A stretch of DNA of 32,000 nt, from positions 60,001 to 92,000 of the forward strand of contig NZ_CP066019.1 in NCBI RefSeq assembly GCF_016127575.1, given 5' to 3'. The notes under the pieces are model-generated. The model searched no databases and was not told where the DNA came from. It saw only the letters and a list, made by a program, of their open reading frames with translations. Made by a program: the position numbers and the translations under genes. Positions 10,286-19,116 of the stretch are shown piece by piece (positions within the stretch are counted from its first letter, which is position 1; the number at the start of each line of letters is the position of its first letter). The stretch comes from Cupriavidus necator (lineage in GTDB: Bacteria; Pseudomonadota; Gammaproteobacteria; Burkholderiales; Burkholderiaceae).

Positions 10286-10315
10286 TTGACCGGTTCGAGA
10301 TGGCCTCATTATACT
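10286..10315 (+). promoter_or_regulatory. sigma70-type promoter candidate for gudD (TTGACC-18 nt-TATACT)
   Basis: -35 TTGACC at 10286-10291 and -10 TATACT at 10310-10315, with an 18-nt spacer. The palindromic operator follows immediately. Confidence 0.45.
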
Positions 10316-10318
10316 GGG

Positions 10319-10343
10319 TTATCAGTCATACGATGACAGATAA
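10319..10343. promoter_or_regulatory. 25-bp palindromic operator TTATCaGTCATacgATGACaGATAA (candidate GntR/FadR-type site)
   Basis: Both arms TTATC-n-GTCAT are perfectly mirrored around a 3-nt centre. The site lies just downstream of the -10 box. The 11-mer TTATCAGTCAT plus ATGACA recur upstream of kdgD (16758-16777). Confidence 0.6.
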
Positions 10344-10412
10344 CATACGCGAAGTGATGGTCCAGTGAACAATACTGCGCCCGCCATCGGAAATGCCGGA
10401 GACAACCCTGAG

Positions 10413-11768
10413 ATGACCCCAACCGCCGCCCCCATGGCGTCCGCCCACACCCCGGTCGTGACCGAACTGACCGTGGTGCCCGTGGCCGGGCATGACAGCA
10501 TGCTGATGAACCTGTCCGGCGCCCATGGCCCGTACTTCACTCGCAATATCGTGATCGTGCGCGACAGCGCCGGCCACACCGGCGTGGGCGAGGTCCCGGG
10601 CGGCGAGGGCATCCGCCAGACGCTGGAAGACGCGCGGCCGCTGCTGGTGGGCCAGCCCATCGGCCAGTACCAGTCCATCCTGAACCGCGTGCGCGCGGCA
10701 TTCGCCAGCCGCGATGCCGGCGGCCGCGGCCTGCAGACCTTTGACCTGCGCATCACCATCCATGCGGTGACGGCGCTCGAGGCGGCGCTGCTCGACCTGC
10801 TCGGCCAGCACCTCGAGGTGCCGGTGGCCGCACTGCTCGGCGAAGGCCAGCAGCGCGACGCCGTGGAGATGCTCGGCTACCTGTTCTATATCGGCGATCG
10901 CCAGCGCACCACGCTGGACTACCGCACCGAGCCCGATGCCGACAACGCGTGGTTCCGCCTGCGCAATGAAGGGGCGATGACGCCCGAGGGCGTGGTGCGC
11001 CTGGCCGAAGCCGCTTACGAGCGCTATGGATTCAACGACTTCAAGCTCAAGGGCGGCGTGCTGAGCGGCAACGAAGAGATGGAAGCGATCCTGGCGCTGG
11101 CCGAACGCTTCCCGAAGGCGCGCATAACGCTGGATCCCAACGGCGCCTGGTCGCTGGCAGAGGCCGTGCGCCTGTGCCGCGACAAGCGCGGCGTGCTGGC
11201 CTATGCCGAAGACCCGTGCGGCGCCGAAGACGGCTATTCCGGGCGCGAGATCATGGCCGAATTCCGCACTGCCACCGGCCTGCCCACCGCCACCAACATG
11301 ATCGCCACCGACTGGCGCCAGATGGGGCACGCCGTGCGGCTGCAGTCGGTCGACATCCCGCTGGCCGACCCGCACTTCTGGACCATGCAGGGCTCGGTGC
11401 GCGTGGCGCAGATGTGCGCCGAATGGGGCCTGACCTGGGGCTCGCACTCGAACAACCACTTCGATATTTCGCTGGCGATGTTCACCCACGTGGCCGCCGC
11501 CGCGCCGGGGCGCGTCACTGCCATCGACACGCACTGGATCTGGCAGGACGGCGAAAACCTGACCCGCAACCCGCTGCGGATCGAAGGCGGCCTGGTGCAG
11601 GTGCCCAAGACCCCGGGCCTGGGCGTGGAGCTCGACATGGATGCCCTGGCGCGCGCGCACGAGCTGTACCAGCGCAAGGGCCTGGGCGCACGCGACGATG
11701 CCGCGGCGATGCAATTCCTGATCCCCGGCTGGAAGTTCAACAACAAGGCGCCCTGCATGGTGCGCTGA
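10413..11768 (+). CDS. gudD: D-glucarate dehydratase
   Basis: Long blocks are shared with E. coli GudD: [128 protein letters not shown] and LIPGW.F.NK.PCMVR. ATG 10413 has GGAGA 10 nt upstream. GTG 10365 and ATG 10434 are alternative starts. Confidence 0.95.
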   Translation: MTPTAAPMASAHTPVVTELTVVPVAGHDSMLMNLSGAHGPYFTRNIVIVRDSAGHTGVGEVPGGEGIRQTLEDARPLLVGQPIGQYQSILNRVRAAFASRDAGGRGLQTFDLRITIHAVTALEAALLDLLGQHLEVPVAALLGEGQQRDAVEMLGYLFYIGDRQRTTLDYRTEPDADNAWFRLRNEGAMTPEGVVRLAEAAYERYGFNDFKLKGGVLSGNEEMEAILALAERFPKARITLDPNGAWSLAEAVRLCRDKRGVLAYAEDPCGAEDGYSGREIMAEFRTATGLPTATNMIATDWRQMGHAVRLQSVDIPLADPHFWTMQGSVRVAQMCAEWGLTWGSHSNNHFDISLAMFTHVAAAAPGRVTAIDTHWIWQDGENLTRNPLRIEGGLVQVPKTPGLGVELDMDALARAHELYQRKGLGARDDAAAMQFLIPGWKFNNKAPCMVR

Positions 11769-11850
11769 CGCAGTACCGGCAACGCCCAACCGGCCGCTGC
11801 CGTGATCGGCACGGCTGGCTGATCTGATAAAGACACTGCAGGAGACAACG

Positions 11851-12873
11851 ATGTACACGTTCCAACGCCAGCGCGCCCTGCGCCTGCCTCACTGGCTGCG
11901 CGCCTTTGCGCTCGGCTCTGTCGTCACGGTGGCGGCCCTGACCGTGAGCGCCGCCGCATACGCCGCGCCACAGGAGTGGCCGCAACGCCCGGTATCGGTG
12001 GTGGTGCCGTTCCCGCCGGGTGGCTCCAGCGACGCCATCGCGCGCATGCTGACCGTGCCGCTCAATGAAAAGCTGGGCCAGCCCTTCGTCATCGACAACC
12101 GCCCCGGCGCGACCGGCGCCATCGGCGCCACCTTCGTCAAGCGCGCGCCGGCGGACGGCTACACCATGATGGTGGCGTCGATCGGCGTGTATGCTGTGAA
12201 CCCGTTCCTGCAGAAGAACCTGGCCTATGACCCGGCCAAGGACTTCGACCTGCTGACCGTGGCGGTGCGCGCGCCCAACGTGCTGGTGGCCAATCCACAG
12301 TTCCCGGCCAATACGCTGCAGGAACTGGTGGCCTACATGAAGAAGAATCCGGGCAAGGTCAGCTTTGCCTCGTCCGGCGCGGGCTCGTCCGACCACCTGA
12401 CTGCTGCGCTGTTCTGGCAGAAGAGCGCCACCGACGGCCTGCACGTGCCCTACAAGGGCGGCGGCCCGGCCATCTCCGACCTGCTTGCCGGCCAGGTCGA
12501 CGTGTCGTTCCAGAACGTCAACGCCGTGCTGCAGCACATCCGCACCGGCAAGCTCAAGGCCATGGCGGTGACCTCCGACAAGCGCTCGCCGGTGCTGCCC
12601 AATGTGCCGACCATGGCCGAGGCCGGCGTTAAGGACGTCGAGGTGTACTCGTGGCAGGGCGTTGCTGCGCCGCGCGGCCTGCCGCCCGAGGTGAAGAGCC
12701 GCCTGCACGGCGCGCTGGTGTCGTCGCTGAACGACCCGAAGATGCGCCAGAAGCTGTCCGAGAGCGGCTTCGAGGTGGTGGCCAACACGCCCGAGCAGTT
12801 CAACCAGTTCGAGGCGCAGGAACTGCTGCGCTGGAAGACCGTGATCGAGAAGGGCAAGATCGCGCTGGACTGA
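11851..12873 (+). CDS. Bug-family (TctC-like) tripartite tricarboxylate transporter substrate-binding protein
   Basis: 340 aa. Sec signal ends ...SAAAYA/AP. Motifs present: PVSVVVPFPPGGSSDAIARML, VIDNRPGATGAIG and YKGGGPAISDLLAGQVDV. SD AGGAGA is present. Confidence 0.9.
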   Translation: MYTFQRQRALRLPHWLRAFALGSVVTVAALTVSAAAYAAPQEWPQRPVSVVVPFPPGGSSDAIARMLTVPLNEKLGQPFVIDNRPGATGAIGATFVKRAPADGYTMMVASIGVYAVNPFLQKNLAYDPAKDFDLLTVAVRAPNVLVANPQFPANTLQELVAYMKKNPGKVSFASSGAGSSDHLTAALFWQKSATDGLHVPYKGGGPAISDLLAGQVDVSFQNVNAVLQHIRTGKLKAMAVTSDKRSPVLPNVPTMAEAGVKDVEVYSWQGVAAPRGLPPEVKSRLHGALVSSLNDPKMRQKLSESGFEVVANTPEQFNQFEAQELLRWKTVIEKGKIALD

Positions 12874-12974
12874 AGCCATCGCACTGAACCCCAGACACTG
12901 CAGCACAGAACGCGCCGGGCATGCACGCATAGCGTGCCGCGCCGGCGCTCGCGTCATCGACAGGAGACAACAGC

Positions 12975-13973
12975 ATGACCCAGGGACGCCGCACCTTCCT
13001 CAAGCAATCCTCCGCACTGGCCGCCGGCCTGGCAGCCGGTCCGCTCGCGGGCCTGTCCTCGGCGGCGCACGCCGGACCGGACTGGCCCACCCGCCCGATC
13101 CGCCTGGTGGTGCCGTACACCGCCGGCGGCTCGTCAGACATCATCGCGCGCCTGATCAGCAAGCAGCTGGGCGAGGCGCTGGGCCAGTCAGTGGTGGTGG
13201 ACAACCGCCCCGGTGCCAACGGCAACGTCGGCGCGGCACTGGTCGCGCAGGCCACCGACAACCACACGCTGATGCTGTGCGATATCGGCGCGCTGGCGAT
13301 CAGCCCGTCGGTCTATACCAAGCTGACCTTCAATATCGCCAAGGACCTCAAGCCGGTGTCGATGCTGGCCTACTCGCCGCACCTGCTGGTGGTGCATCCG
13401 TCGGTGCAGGCGGCCAGCGTGAAGGAACTGGTGGCGCTGTCGCAGCGCAGCCAGCTCAACTTCGCCGTGACCGCCATCGGCAGCGCGCCGCACCTGGCCG
13501 GCGTGGCGGTGGAGCAGGCCACCGGCGCCAAGTGGCAATACGTACCCTACAAGGGCGGCTCGCAGGCCATTGCCGATACCGTGGGCGGCAGCGCCCAGGT
13601 GCTGATGAACGGCATGCTGGCCACGCTGCCGCACGTGCAGTCGGGCAAGCTCAAGCTGATCGCCCAGTCCAAGCGCACGCGCATGCCGCTGCTGCAGAAC
13701 GTGCCGACCATCGCCGAGCAGGGCGTGCCGAATTTTGAATCCGGAACGTGGCAGGGCGTGATGGCTCCGGCCAGCATGCCCGATGCGATGGTGGCGCGCC
13801 TCAGCGGCGAGCTGATCCGCATCATCCGCGCGCCGGATCTGCGCGCGCAGCTGGTGGCCCAGGGGGCGGAGGTGGTGACGATGACGCCCGGGGAGACCGG
13901 GAAGTTCTTTGTTGCCGAGCAGGCGCGATGGGCGGGGGTGGTGAAGCAGGCGGGGATCAAGCTGGAGGCTTGA
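12975..13973 (+). CDS. Bug-family (TctC-like) substrate-binding protein with Tat-type signal
   Basis: 332 aa. Twin-arginine signal is GRRTFLK...SAAHA/GP. Motifs present: PIRLVVPYTAGGSSDIIARL, VVDNRPGANGNVG and YKGGSQAIADTVGG. SD AGGAGA is present. Confidence 0.9.
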   Translation: MTQGRRTFLKQSSALAAGLAAGPLAGLSSAAHAGPDWPTRPIRLVVPYTAGGSSDIIARLISKQLGEALGQSVVVDNRPGANGNVGAALVAQATDNHTLMLCDIGALAISPSVYTKLTFNIAKDLKPVSMLAYSPHLLVVHPSVQAASVKELVALSQRSQLNFAVTAIGSAPHLAGVAVEQATGAKWQYVPYKGGSQAIADTVGGSAQVLMNGMLATLPHVQSGKLKLIAQSKRTRMPLLQNVPTIAEQGVPNFESGTWQGVMAPASMPDAMVARLSGELIRIIRAPDLRAQLVAQGAEVVTMTPGETGKFFVAEQARWAGVVKQAGIKLEA

Positions 13974-14106
13974 TCTGGGCTCGCGGGCCGTAGCTGGTTC
14001 TTCGCAGATTTGCGGGGTGTTTTTGTTGTTGCCAAGGGCGACAACCGACCGCATGGCAACAAGCCAAAGCAGGGCTTCCCAAATCTAGCGAAGACCCCCC
14101 AATAAG

Positions 14107-14131
14107 AAAAAAGCCCCGCGCACTGCGGGGC
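14107..14131 (-). terminator. rho-independent terminator downstream of the aldehyde dehydrogenase gene
   Basis: The minus strand reads GCCCCGC-agtgc-GCGGGGC followed by TTTTTT. The stem is 14113-14119 / 14125-14131 and the A6 run on the plus strand is 14107-14112. It starts 9 nt after the stop. Confidence 0.75.
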
Positions 14132-14139
14132 CTGCGCGA

Positions 14140-15666
14140 TCAACCCTTCACCGCTTCCGGCAACAACGCCTGCGGCAGGTTCTGATAACAAACCGGCCGC
14201 AAGAACCGGTCAATCGCCGTCGCTCCGACTGAAGTCGAACGCGCATCCGAAGTCGCCGGGAACGGCCCGCCATGCACCATCGCATAGGCAACCTCGACCC
14301 CAGTCGGGTAGCCATTGCACAGCACCCGCCCGGCCTTGCGTTCCAGCACCGGCAGCAGGCGCCGCGCGGCCGCGTGGTCGGCATCGTCGAGCTGCATCGT
14401 CGCCGTCAGCTGGCCTTCAAGCTGTCGCGCCACCGCCAGCATCTCTTCGAGATCGCGGCATACCACCAGCACCGTCGACGGCCCGAACACCTCGGCCTGC
14501 ATCCGGTGATCCGCCATGAACTGCGCCGCGGTGGTCTCGAACATTACTGGCCGCGCCTGGTTGGCCCCGTTGCCGTCGACGCCATCGCCAATGCGTTGCA
14601 GGCCGTCGAGCGACGACAGCTGCGCCACGCCTTGCTCAAAGGCGGCATGGATTCCGGGCGTCAGCATGGTCGCCGCCGGCTTGCCTTGCAGCGCGCCGAG
14701 CGCCGCGGCGCGGAACTTGTCGAGCGCGGGGCCTTCAATGCCGATCACCAGCCCGGGGTTGGTACAGAACTGGCCGACGCCCATCACCAGCGAATCCACC
14801 AGCTGGCGGCCGATGTCCTCGCCGCGCGCATCGAGCGCCGCGGGCAGCAGGAACACCGGATTGATGCTGCTCATCTCCGCATACACCGGGATCGGCTGCG
14901 GGCGGCGCTGGGCGGCCTGCATCAGCGCCAGGCCGCCGGCGCGCGAGCCGGTGAAGCCCACCGCCTGGATTGCCGGATGCGTGACCAGTGCCGTGCCGAT
15001 GGCATTGCCCGCCCCGACCAGCAGCGAGAACACGCCTTCGGGCAGGCCCGCGTCCTGCACGGCCTGCTGGATCACGCGCCCCACCAGTTCCGACGTGCCC
15101 AGGTGCGCCGGGTGCGCCTTGACCACGACCGGGCAGCCCGCGGCCAGCGCCGAGGCAGTGTCGCCGCCGGCCACGGAGAACGCCAGCGGGAAGTTGCTGG
15201 CGCCGAACACTGCTACCGGACCGATGGCGATGCGCTGCATGCGCAGGTCCGGGCGCGGCGGGTTGCGCTCGGGCAGTGCGGGGTCGAAGGTGGCCTGCTG
15301 CCAGCGGCCTTCGCGCAGCACGGTGGCGAACAGGCGCAGCTGGCCGGCGGTGCGGCCGCGCTCGCCCTGCAGGCGCGCGACCGGCAGCGCGCTTTCCAGG
15401 TGGGCGCGTTCGATCAGCGTGTCGCCGAGCGCCTCGATGCCGGTGGCGATGGCTTCGAGCAAGGCCGCGCGCTGCTCTGGCGTGGTGTTGCGGTAGGTGT
15501 CGAAAGCGGCTTCGGCCAGCGCACAGGCGCGCTCGACCTCGGCCTGGCCGCCGCCATGGAAGTCAGGGCCCAGGGCTTCGCCGGTGGCGGGATTGATGGC
15601 CTGCAGCAGGGCTTCGGTGCCGCGCACGGCTTGCGCGCCGATCAGCATGTCGCCGGTGATGTGCAT
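14140..15666 (-). CDS. alpha-ketoglutarate-semialdehyde (2,5-dioxovalerate) dehydrogenase, ALDH superfamily
   Basis: 508 aa. Motifs present: [42 protein letters not shown] (catalytic Glu region) and GQFCTNPG (catalytic Cys). It lies downstream of kdgD, as in D-glucarate/galactarate pathways. SD AAGGA is present. Confidence 0.85.
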   Translation of the reverse strand: MHITGDMLIGAQAVRGTEALLQAINPATGEALGPDFHGGGQAEVERACALAEAAFDTYRNTTPEQRAALLEAIATGIEALGDTLIERAHLESALPVARLQGERGRTAGQLRLFATVLREGRWQQATFDPALPERNPPRPDLRMQRIAIGPVAVFGASNFPLAFSVAGGDTASALAAGCPVVVKAHPAHLGTSELVGRVIQQAVQDAGLPEGVFSLLVGAGNAIGTALVTHPAIQAVGFTGSRAGGLALMQAAQRRPQPIPVYAEMSSINPVFLLPAALDARGEDIGRQLVDSLVMGVGQFCTNPGLVIGIEGPALDKFRAAALGALQGKPAATMLTPGIHAAFEQGVAQLSSLDGLQRIGDGVDGNGANQARPVMFETTAAQFMADHRMQAEVFGPSTVLVVCRDLEEMLAVARQLEGQLTATMQLDDADHAAARRLLPVLERKAGRVLCNGYPTGVEVAYAMVHGGPFPATSDARSTSVGATAIDRFLRPVCYQNLPQALLPEAVKG

Positions 15667-15700
15667 GGAAGGATTCCTTGTCAGCGTTTGGAACGGGAAC

Positions 15701-15732
15701 GCCGGCCGGAGGGCAAGTGCCCCGCGGCCGGC
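15701..15732 (-). other. intercistronic GC-rich stem-loop between kdgD and the dehydrogenase gene
   Basis: GCCGGCCG...CGGCCGGC is an 8-bp perfect stem, extended by 4 further pairs with bulges. No T-tract follows. It may act as an mRNA processing or stability element. Confidence 0.35.
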
Positions 15733-15769
15733 CTGTCGATATGCAATGCGAGGGCGGCTTGCTTACCGC

Positions 15770-16684
15770 TTACTGCGGGCCGAGCTTGTTGATCAGCGCG
15801 CCCAGCATCTCCATCTCCTCGCCGGTCAGGTCGGTCAGCGGCGCGCGCACCGGGCCGCCGTCGTGGCCGACCAGTCGGGCGCCGGCCTTGACGATGCTCA
15901 CGGCATAGCCGGCCTTGCGGTTGCGGATGGCCAGGTAGGGCAGGAAGAAGTTGTCGAGCAGGCGGCCCACGGTGTCGTGGTCATCCGCGGCGATGGCGCG
16001 GTAGAAGTCCATCGCGGTCTCGGGGATGAAGTTGAACACTGCCGACGAATACACCGGCACGCCCAGCGCCTTGTAGGCCGTGGCATAGACCTCGGCCGTG
16101 GGCAGGCCGCCGAGGTAGGAGAAGCGGTCGCCCAGCTTGCGGCGGATGCTGACCATGGCCTCGATGTCGCCCACGCCGTCCTTGAAGCCGACCAGGTTGG
16201 GGCAGCGCTCGGCCAGGCGCGCGAGTTGCGTCGCATCCAGCTTCGAGTTGGCGCGGTTGTAGACGATCACGCCGATATCGACCGACTTGCAGACCTGCTC
16301 CACGTGGGCGGCGATGCCGTCCTGGCTGGCTTCGGTCAGGTAGTGCGGCAGCAACAGCACGCCGGCCGCGCCCAGGCGCTGGGCTTCCTGCGCGTAGGCG
16401 ATGGCGGTGCGGGTCGGGCCGCCGGCGCCGGCCAGGATCGGCACCTTGCCGGCGCAGGTGCGCACGGCGGTGTCGACCACGGCCGAGTAGTCCTGCGGTG
16501 TCAGTGAGAAGAACTCGCCGGTGCCGCCCGCAGCGAACAGCGCGGTGGCGCCGTAGGGGGCCAGCCACTCCAGCCGCGCGGCGTAGGACTGCGGTGCGAA
16601 GTCGCCCTGGGCGTCGAAGTCGGTGATGGGGAAGGACAGCAGGCCTTCGGAGACGATTTGCTTGAGTTCGTTGGGTGCGAGCAT
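15770..16684 (-). CDS. kdgD: 5-dehydro-4-deoxyglucarate dehydratase
   Basis: 304 aa from ATG 16684 with an [35 protein letters not shown]...[29 protein letters not shown] is the conserved KdgD N-terminus (DapA/NAL fold). The TTG 16795 extension is rejected because it overlaps the promoter and operator. Confidence 0.9.
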   Translation of the reverse strand: MLAPNELKQIVSEGLLSFPITDFDAQGDFAPQSYAARLEWLAPYGATALFAAGGTGEFFSLTPQDYSAVVDTAVRTCAGKVPILAGAGGPTRTAIAYAQEAQRLGAAGVLLLPHYLTEASQDGIAAHVEQVCKSVDIGVIVYNRANSKLDATQLARLAERCPNLVGFKDGVGDIEAMVSIRRKLGDRFSYLGGLPTAEVYATAYKALGVPVYSSAVFNFIPETAMDFYRAIAADDHDTVGRLLDNFFLPYLAIRNRKAGYAVSIVKAGARLVGHDGGPVRAPLTDLTGEEMEMLGALINKLGPQ

Positions 16685-16757
16685 TGCGGCAATCCTGAGC
16701 GGGCCAGTGGCCCCGGGTGGCAGTGGCGGCTGACTGCGGCGGTGCAGATCATCCGAG

Positions 16758-16777
16758 TTATCAGTCATCGTATGACA
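16758..16777. promoter_or_regulatory. second copy of the GTCAT-N3-ATGAC operator (TTATCaGTCATcgtATGACa) upstream of kdgD
   Basis: It shares TTATCAGTCAT and ATGACA with the gudD site. It lies 74-93 nt upstream of the kdgD ATG and overlaps the candidate -10. Confidence 0.55.
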
Positions 16778-16795
16778 AGGCTCTGGCGAAGGCAA
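16767..16795 (-). promoter_or_regulatory. sigma70-type promoter candidate for kdgD (TTGCCT-17 nt-TACGAT on the minus strand)
   Basis: -35 at 16790-16795 and -10 at 16767-16772, read on the minus strand. The -10 is embedded in the operator palindrome. Confidence 0.35.
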
Positions 16796-17095
16796 TAGGG
16801 CTTGTGATCATTCGGGGTTAACCGGGATGCGGCCGGCGTTTTCGCTGGAAAGCCCTGCCGGCGAGCAAAAAGGGACAGAAACATGCCGTCTGGGGCACTT
16901 CAAGCATGGATGGCGGCCGTCGTACCGTGGGTGAGCTCCGGTGGGGCAGGCATGTAATGTTGTAGGACAACGTAAGTCGGAGTGGTTTCTGCCAGCGCGC
17001 CTGCCACTCAGGAAATTTGAAACACCCATGCAAAGCTGCCGGTGCACGGGCCCCCGGCGACTGGCACACTGGCATCCTGGACTGACGGGGAGAAC

Positions 17096-18076
17096 ATGGT
17101 GGGAGAGTTACAGGCCTTGCTGGAAAACCACGGGCTGATGCTGGTGTTCCTGAACGTGCTGGTCGAGCAGGCCGGGCTGCCGGTGCCGGCCTACCCGATG
17201 CTGTTCGTCGCCGGCGCGCTGGGCATGCAGGAGACCGGGCCGTCGATCGGCGCGGTGCTGGCTGCGGTGATCTTTGCCTGCCTGATTGCCGATACCGGCT
17301 GGTACTTCGCCGGGCGCCGGCTGGGGCAGCCGATGCTGCGCACGATCTGCCGGGTATCGATTTCGCAGGACTCGTGCATCCGCCAGACCCAGTCGCTCTA
17401 CCTGCGCGTGGGGCCGCGCTCGCTGGTGATCGCCAAGCTGCTGCCCGGTGCCGGGGCCTTGTCCACCGCGATGGCGGGCATGACCGGCACGCCGTTGCCG
17501 GTGTTCCTGTTCTATGACGCCATCGGCGCGCTGGTCTGGGCTGGCAGCGCCTTGCTGATCGGCGTGGTGTTCAGTGATTTTATCGATGCCATCCTGGAGG
17601 CGTTCAGCGCCTACGGGCATATGGCCGTGGTGGGGCTGTTGGTGGCGTTCGCGCTGTTCCTGGCGTGGCGCTGGTGGCGCCGCTTCCGGCTGCTGCGCCG
17701 CACGCGGCGCGTGCCGCGCATGACGGTGGATGAGCTGGAAGCGCGCCGGCTCGCCGGCAGCCTGCCGGTGGTGATCGACGTGCGCGCCCACGGGGACACG
17801 CCGATGGAGCGCATCCCCGGCTCGGTGGTGCTCGACATGCAGGGCGCGCTGGACAGCCTGGACGCGTTAGGCGTGCCGCACGCCGGGGCCGACATCGTGG
17901 TCTATTGCGCCTGCCCCAATGAACTGTCCGCCGCGCTGCTGGCCGAGCGCCTGCGCGTGGCCGGCTACCCGAAGACCTGGGCGCTGGCCGGCGGCTTCGA
18001 CGAATGGAAGCGGCGCCACGGCGGCACCGCCCCGACCGAGGCGGCCAACCAGCCAGGGCCGGCCGAAGCCGCCTGA
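17096..18076 (+). CDS. DedA/VTT-family membrane protein fused to a C-terminal rhodanese domain
   Basis: 326 aa from ATG 17096 with SD GGGGAG. The N-terminal part is DedA-like: LVFLNVLVEQAGLPVPAYPMLFVAGAL...ADTGWYFAGRRLG...RSLVIAKLLPG. A TM helix and an RRFRLLRRTRR linker follow. The rhodanese region is VVIDVRAH...ERIPGSV...IVVYCACPNELSAALLAERLRVAGYP.TWALAGGFDEW, with the active-site-loop Cys at TGC 17906-17908. Confidence 0.8.
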   Translation: MVGELQALLENHGLMLVFLNVLVEQAGLPVPAYPMLFVAGALGMQETGPSIGAVLAAVIFACLIADTGWYFAGRRLGQPMLRTICRVSISQDSCIRQTQSLYLRVGPRSLVIAKLLPGAGALSTAMAGMTGTPLPVFLFYDAIGALVWAGSALLIGVVFSDFIDAILEAFSAYGHMAVVGLLVAFALFLAWRWWRRFRLLRRTRRVPRMTVDELEARRLAGSLPVVIDVRAHGDTPMERIPGSVVLDMQGALDSLDALGVPHAGADIVVYCACPNELSAALLAERLRVAGYPKTWALAGGFDEWKRRHGGTAPTEAANQPGPAEAA

Positions 18077-18101
18077 ACCTGCCAGGCCGCCGGCGCTGCG
18101 C

Positions 18102-19058
18102 TCAGCGCTTGCCCGCGGTCTGGAATACCGACAGGTCCGGGTAGACCGCGCGGATCTTCTCCCATTCGGCGGCATTGAAGAACTGACACTTGCCGGCGCC
18201 GAAGCGCTTGGACACCTCCACGCAGAAGCGCACGGCTTCAGCGATGTCGATCTCATGGTTGGCCGAGGTCGCGCTGCCCGACACCACCGACCGCGCCGTC
18301 ACCGCCACGCCGACCACCGGCGCCCGGGTGGCCACGTGCGGCTGCATGATGCTGTTGAAGTGGTACAGGCCGTTGTGGTAAGGCGTGATGTCCTGCTGCG
18401 AGATCGGGAAGGTCACCGCCGGGCAGCCGGTGGTGGACTCCATGGTCGCCACCAGGTCCGGCGCCACGCGCAGGATGTAGCCCTGCATCGCCGTCGGCGA
18501 AATCGCAAAGCCGCGGTGCTTGATGATGCTGTTGCCCTTGGAGGCATCGATCGACAGGATCGCGTCCATCTCCGGCAGCACCTGGTAGTCGTTCATGGTG
18601 TCGGACGAGACCGGCATGCCCATGAACGGCACCGGGTCGTGCGGCTGCATCGAGACATTGGTCGACAGGTGCGTGGTCACGATCACGTCGCCCGCCAGGT
18701 GGTCGTCGCGCGCCTTCATCTGCGCCAGCTTGAGCGCCACCGCCAGGCAGCCGATCGGGCCGTCGGCGTCAGACACCAGCCCCACCAGTTCCGGGCGCGC
18801 GCCAATCGCGCCGTTGCGGCCGATCACGCCCAGCGTCGGCGCACTGCCGCCGCTACGCTTGCCCGTGGTGCCGGGGATCACGATGGTGATGAAGTCGGTG
18901 GTGTTGGCCGTGTTCTCGGGCGGGGCGTTGTGGATCGTGGTCACTTCCACGCTCACGCCGGCGCCGGCATAGGGCGCGAACAGTTCGCTGACGACCGCAC
19001 CGTTGGCGTGCGGGCTGTCCAGGGCTTCATGAATGACCAGCGTCTGCTGCAGGGCCAT
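18102..19058 (-). CDS. conserved protein of unknown function (probably DUF1177 family)
   Basis: 318 aa from ATG 19058, with GGAGA 5 nt upstream. The protein is soluble, with no signal peptide or TM helix, and GC3 bias is good. It resembles the roughly 300-aa DUF1177 proteins that I recall co-occurring with OPT transporters. The family name is unverified. Confidence 0.55.
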   Translation of the reverse strand: MALQQTLVIHEALDSPHANGAVVSELFAPYAGAGVSVEVTTIHNAPPENTANTTDFITIVIPGTTGKRSGGSAPTLGVIGRNGAIGARPELVGLVSDADGPIGCLAVALKLAQMKARDDHLAGDVIVTTHLSTNVSMQPHDPVPFMGMPVSSDTMNDYQVLPEMDAILSIDASKGNSIIKHRGFAISPTAMQGYILRVAPDLVATMESTTGCPAVTFPISQQDITPYHNGLYHFNSIMQPHVATRAPVVGVAVTARSVVSGSATSANHEIDIAEAVRFCVEVSKRFGAGKCQFFNAAEWEKIRAVYPDLSVFQTAGKR

Positions 19059-19077
19059 GGCTTTCTCCAAAGGATGT

Positions 19078-19104
19078 GCCATGCCCGCTCGGCGCGGGCA
19101 TGGC
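19078..19104 (-). other. perfect 11-bp stem-loop between the porin and DUF1177 cistrons
   Basis: GCCATGCCCGC-tcggc-GCGGGCATGGC. It begins 13 nt after the porin stop and ends 20 nt before the DUF1177 ATG. No T-tract follows, so it may be an attenuator or mRNA-stability element. Confidence 0.45.
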
Positions 19105-19116
19105 GTCTACGAAAAG

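Noticed and set aside
10326-12957. 510-aa and 406-aa minus-strand ORFs (10326-11858, 11737-12957)
   Set aside because: They are antisense to gudD and the first Bug gene, both of which have extensive family motifs.
14272-15792. 506-aa plus-strand ORF
   Set aside because: It is antisense to the aldehyde dehydrogenase gene and has no domain signatures.
16685-16795. N-terminal extensions of track ORFs: kdgD to TTG 16795, and similarly fusA to 8738, LysR to 5176, PLP enzyme to 22528, IclR-2 to 28732, DedA to 17042, porin-2 to 20301, DUF1177 to 19082
   Set aside because: Homolog-like N-termini and SD sequences sit at the internal starts. The extensions are Arg/Pro/Cys-rich, and for kdgD the extension overlaps the promoter and operator.
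17062-17076. TGGCAC...GCAT resembling a sigma54 -24/-12 promoter upstream of the DedA-rhodanese gene
   Set aside because: The GG-to-GC spacing is about 9 nt rather than the required ~12, and TTGC is absent. It also sits only ~20 nt from the ATG.
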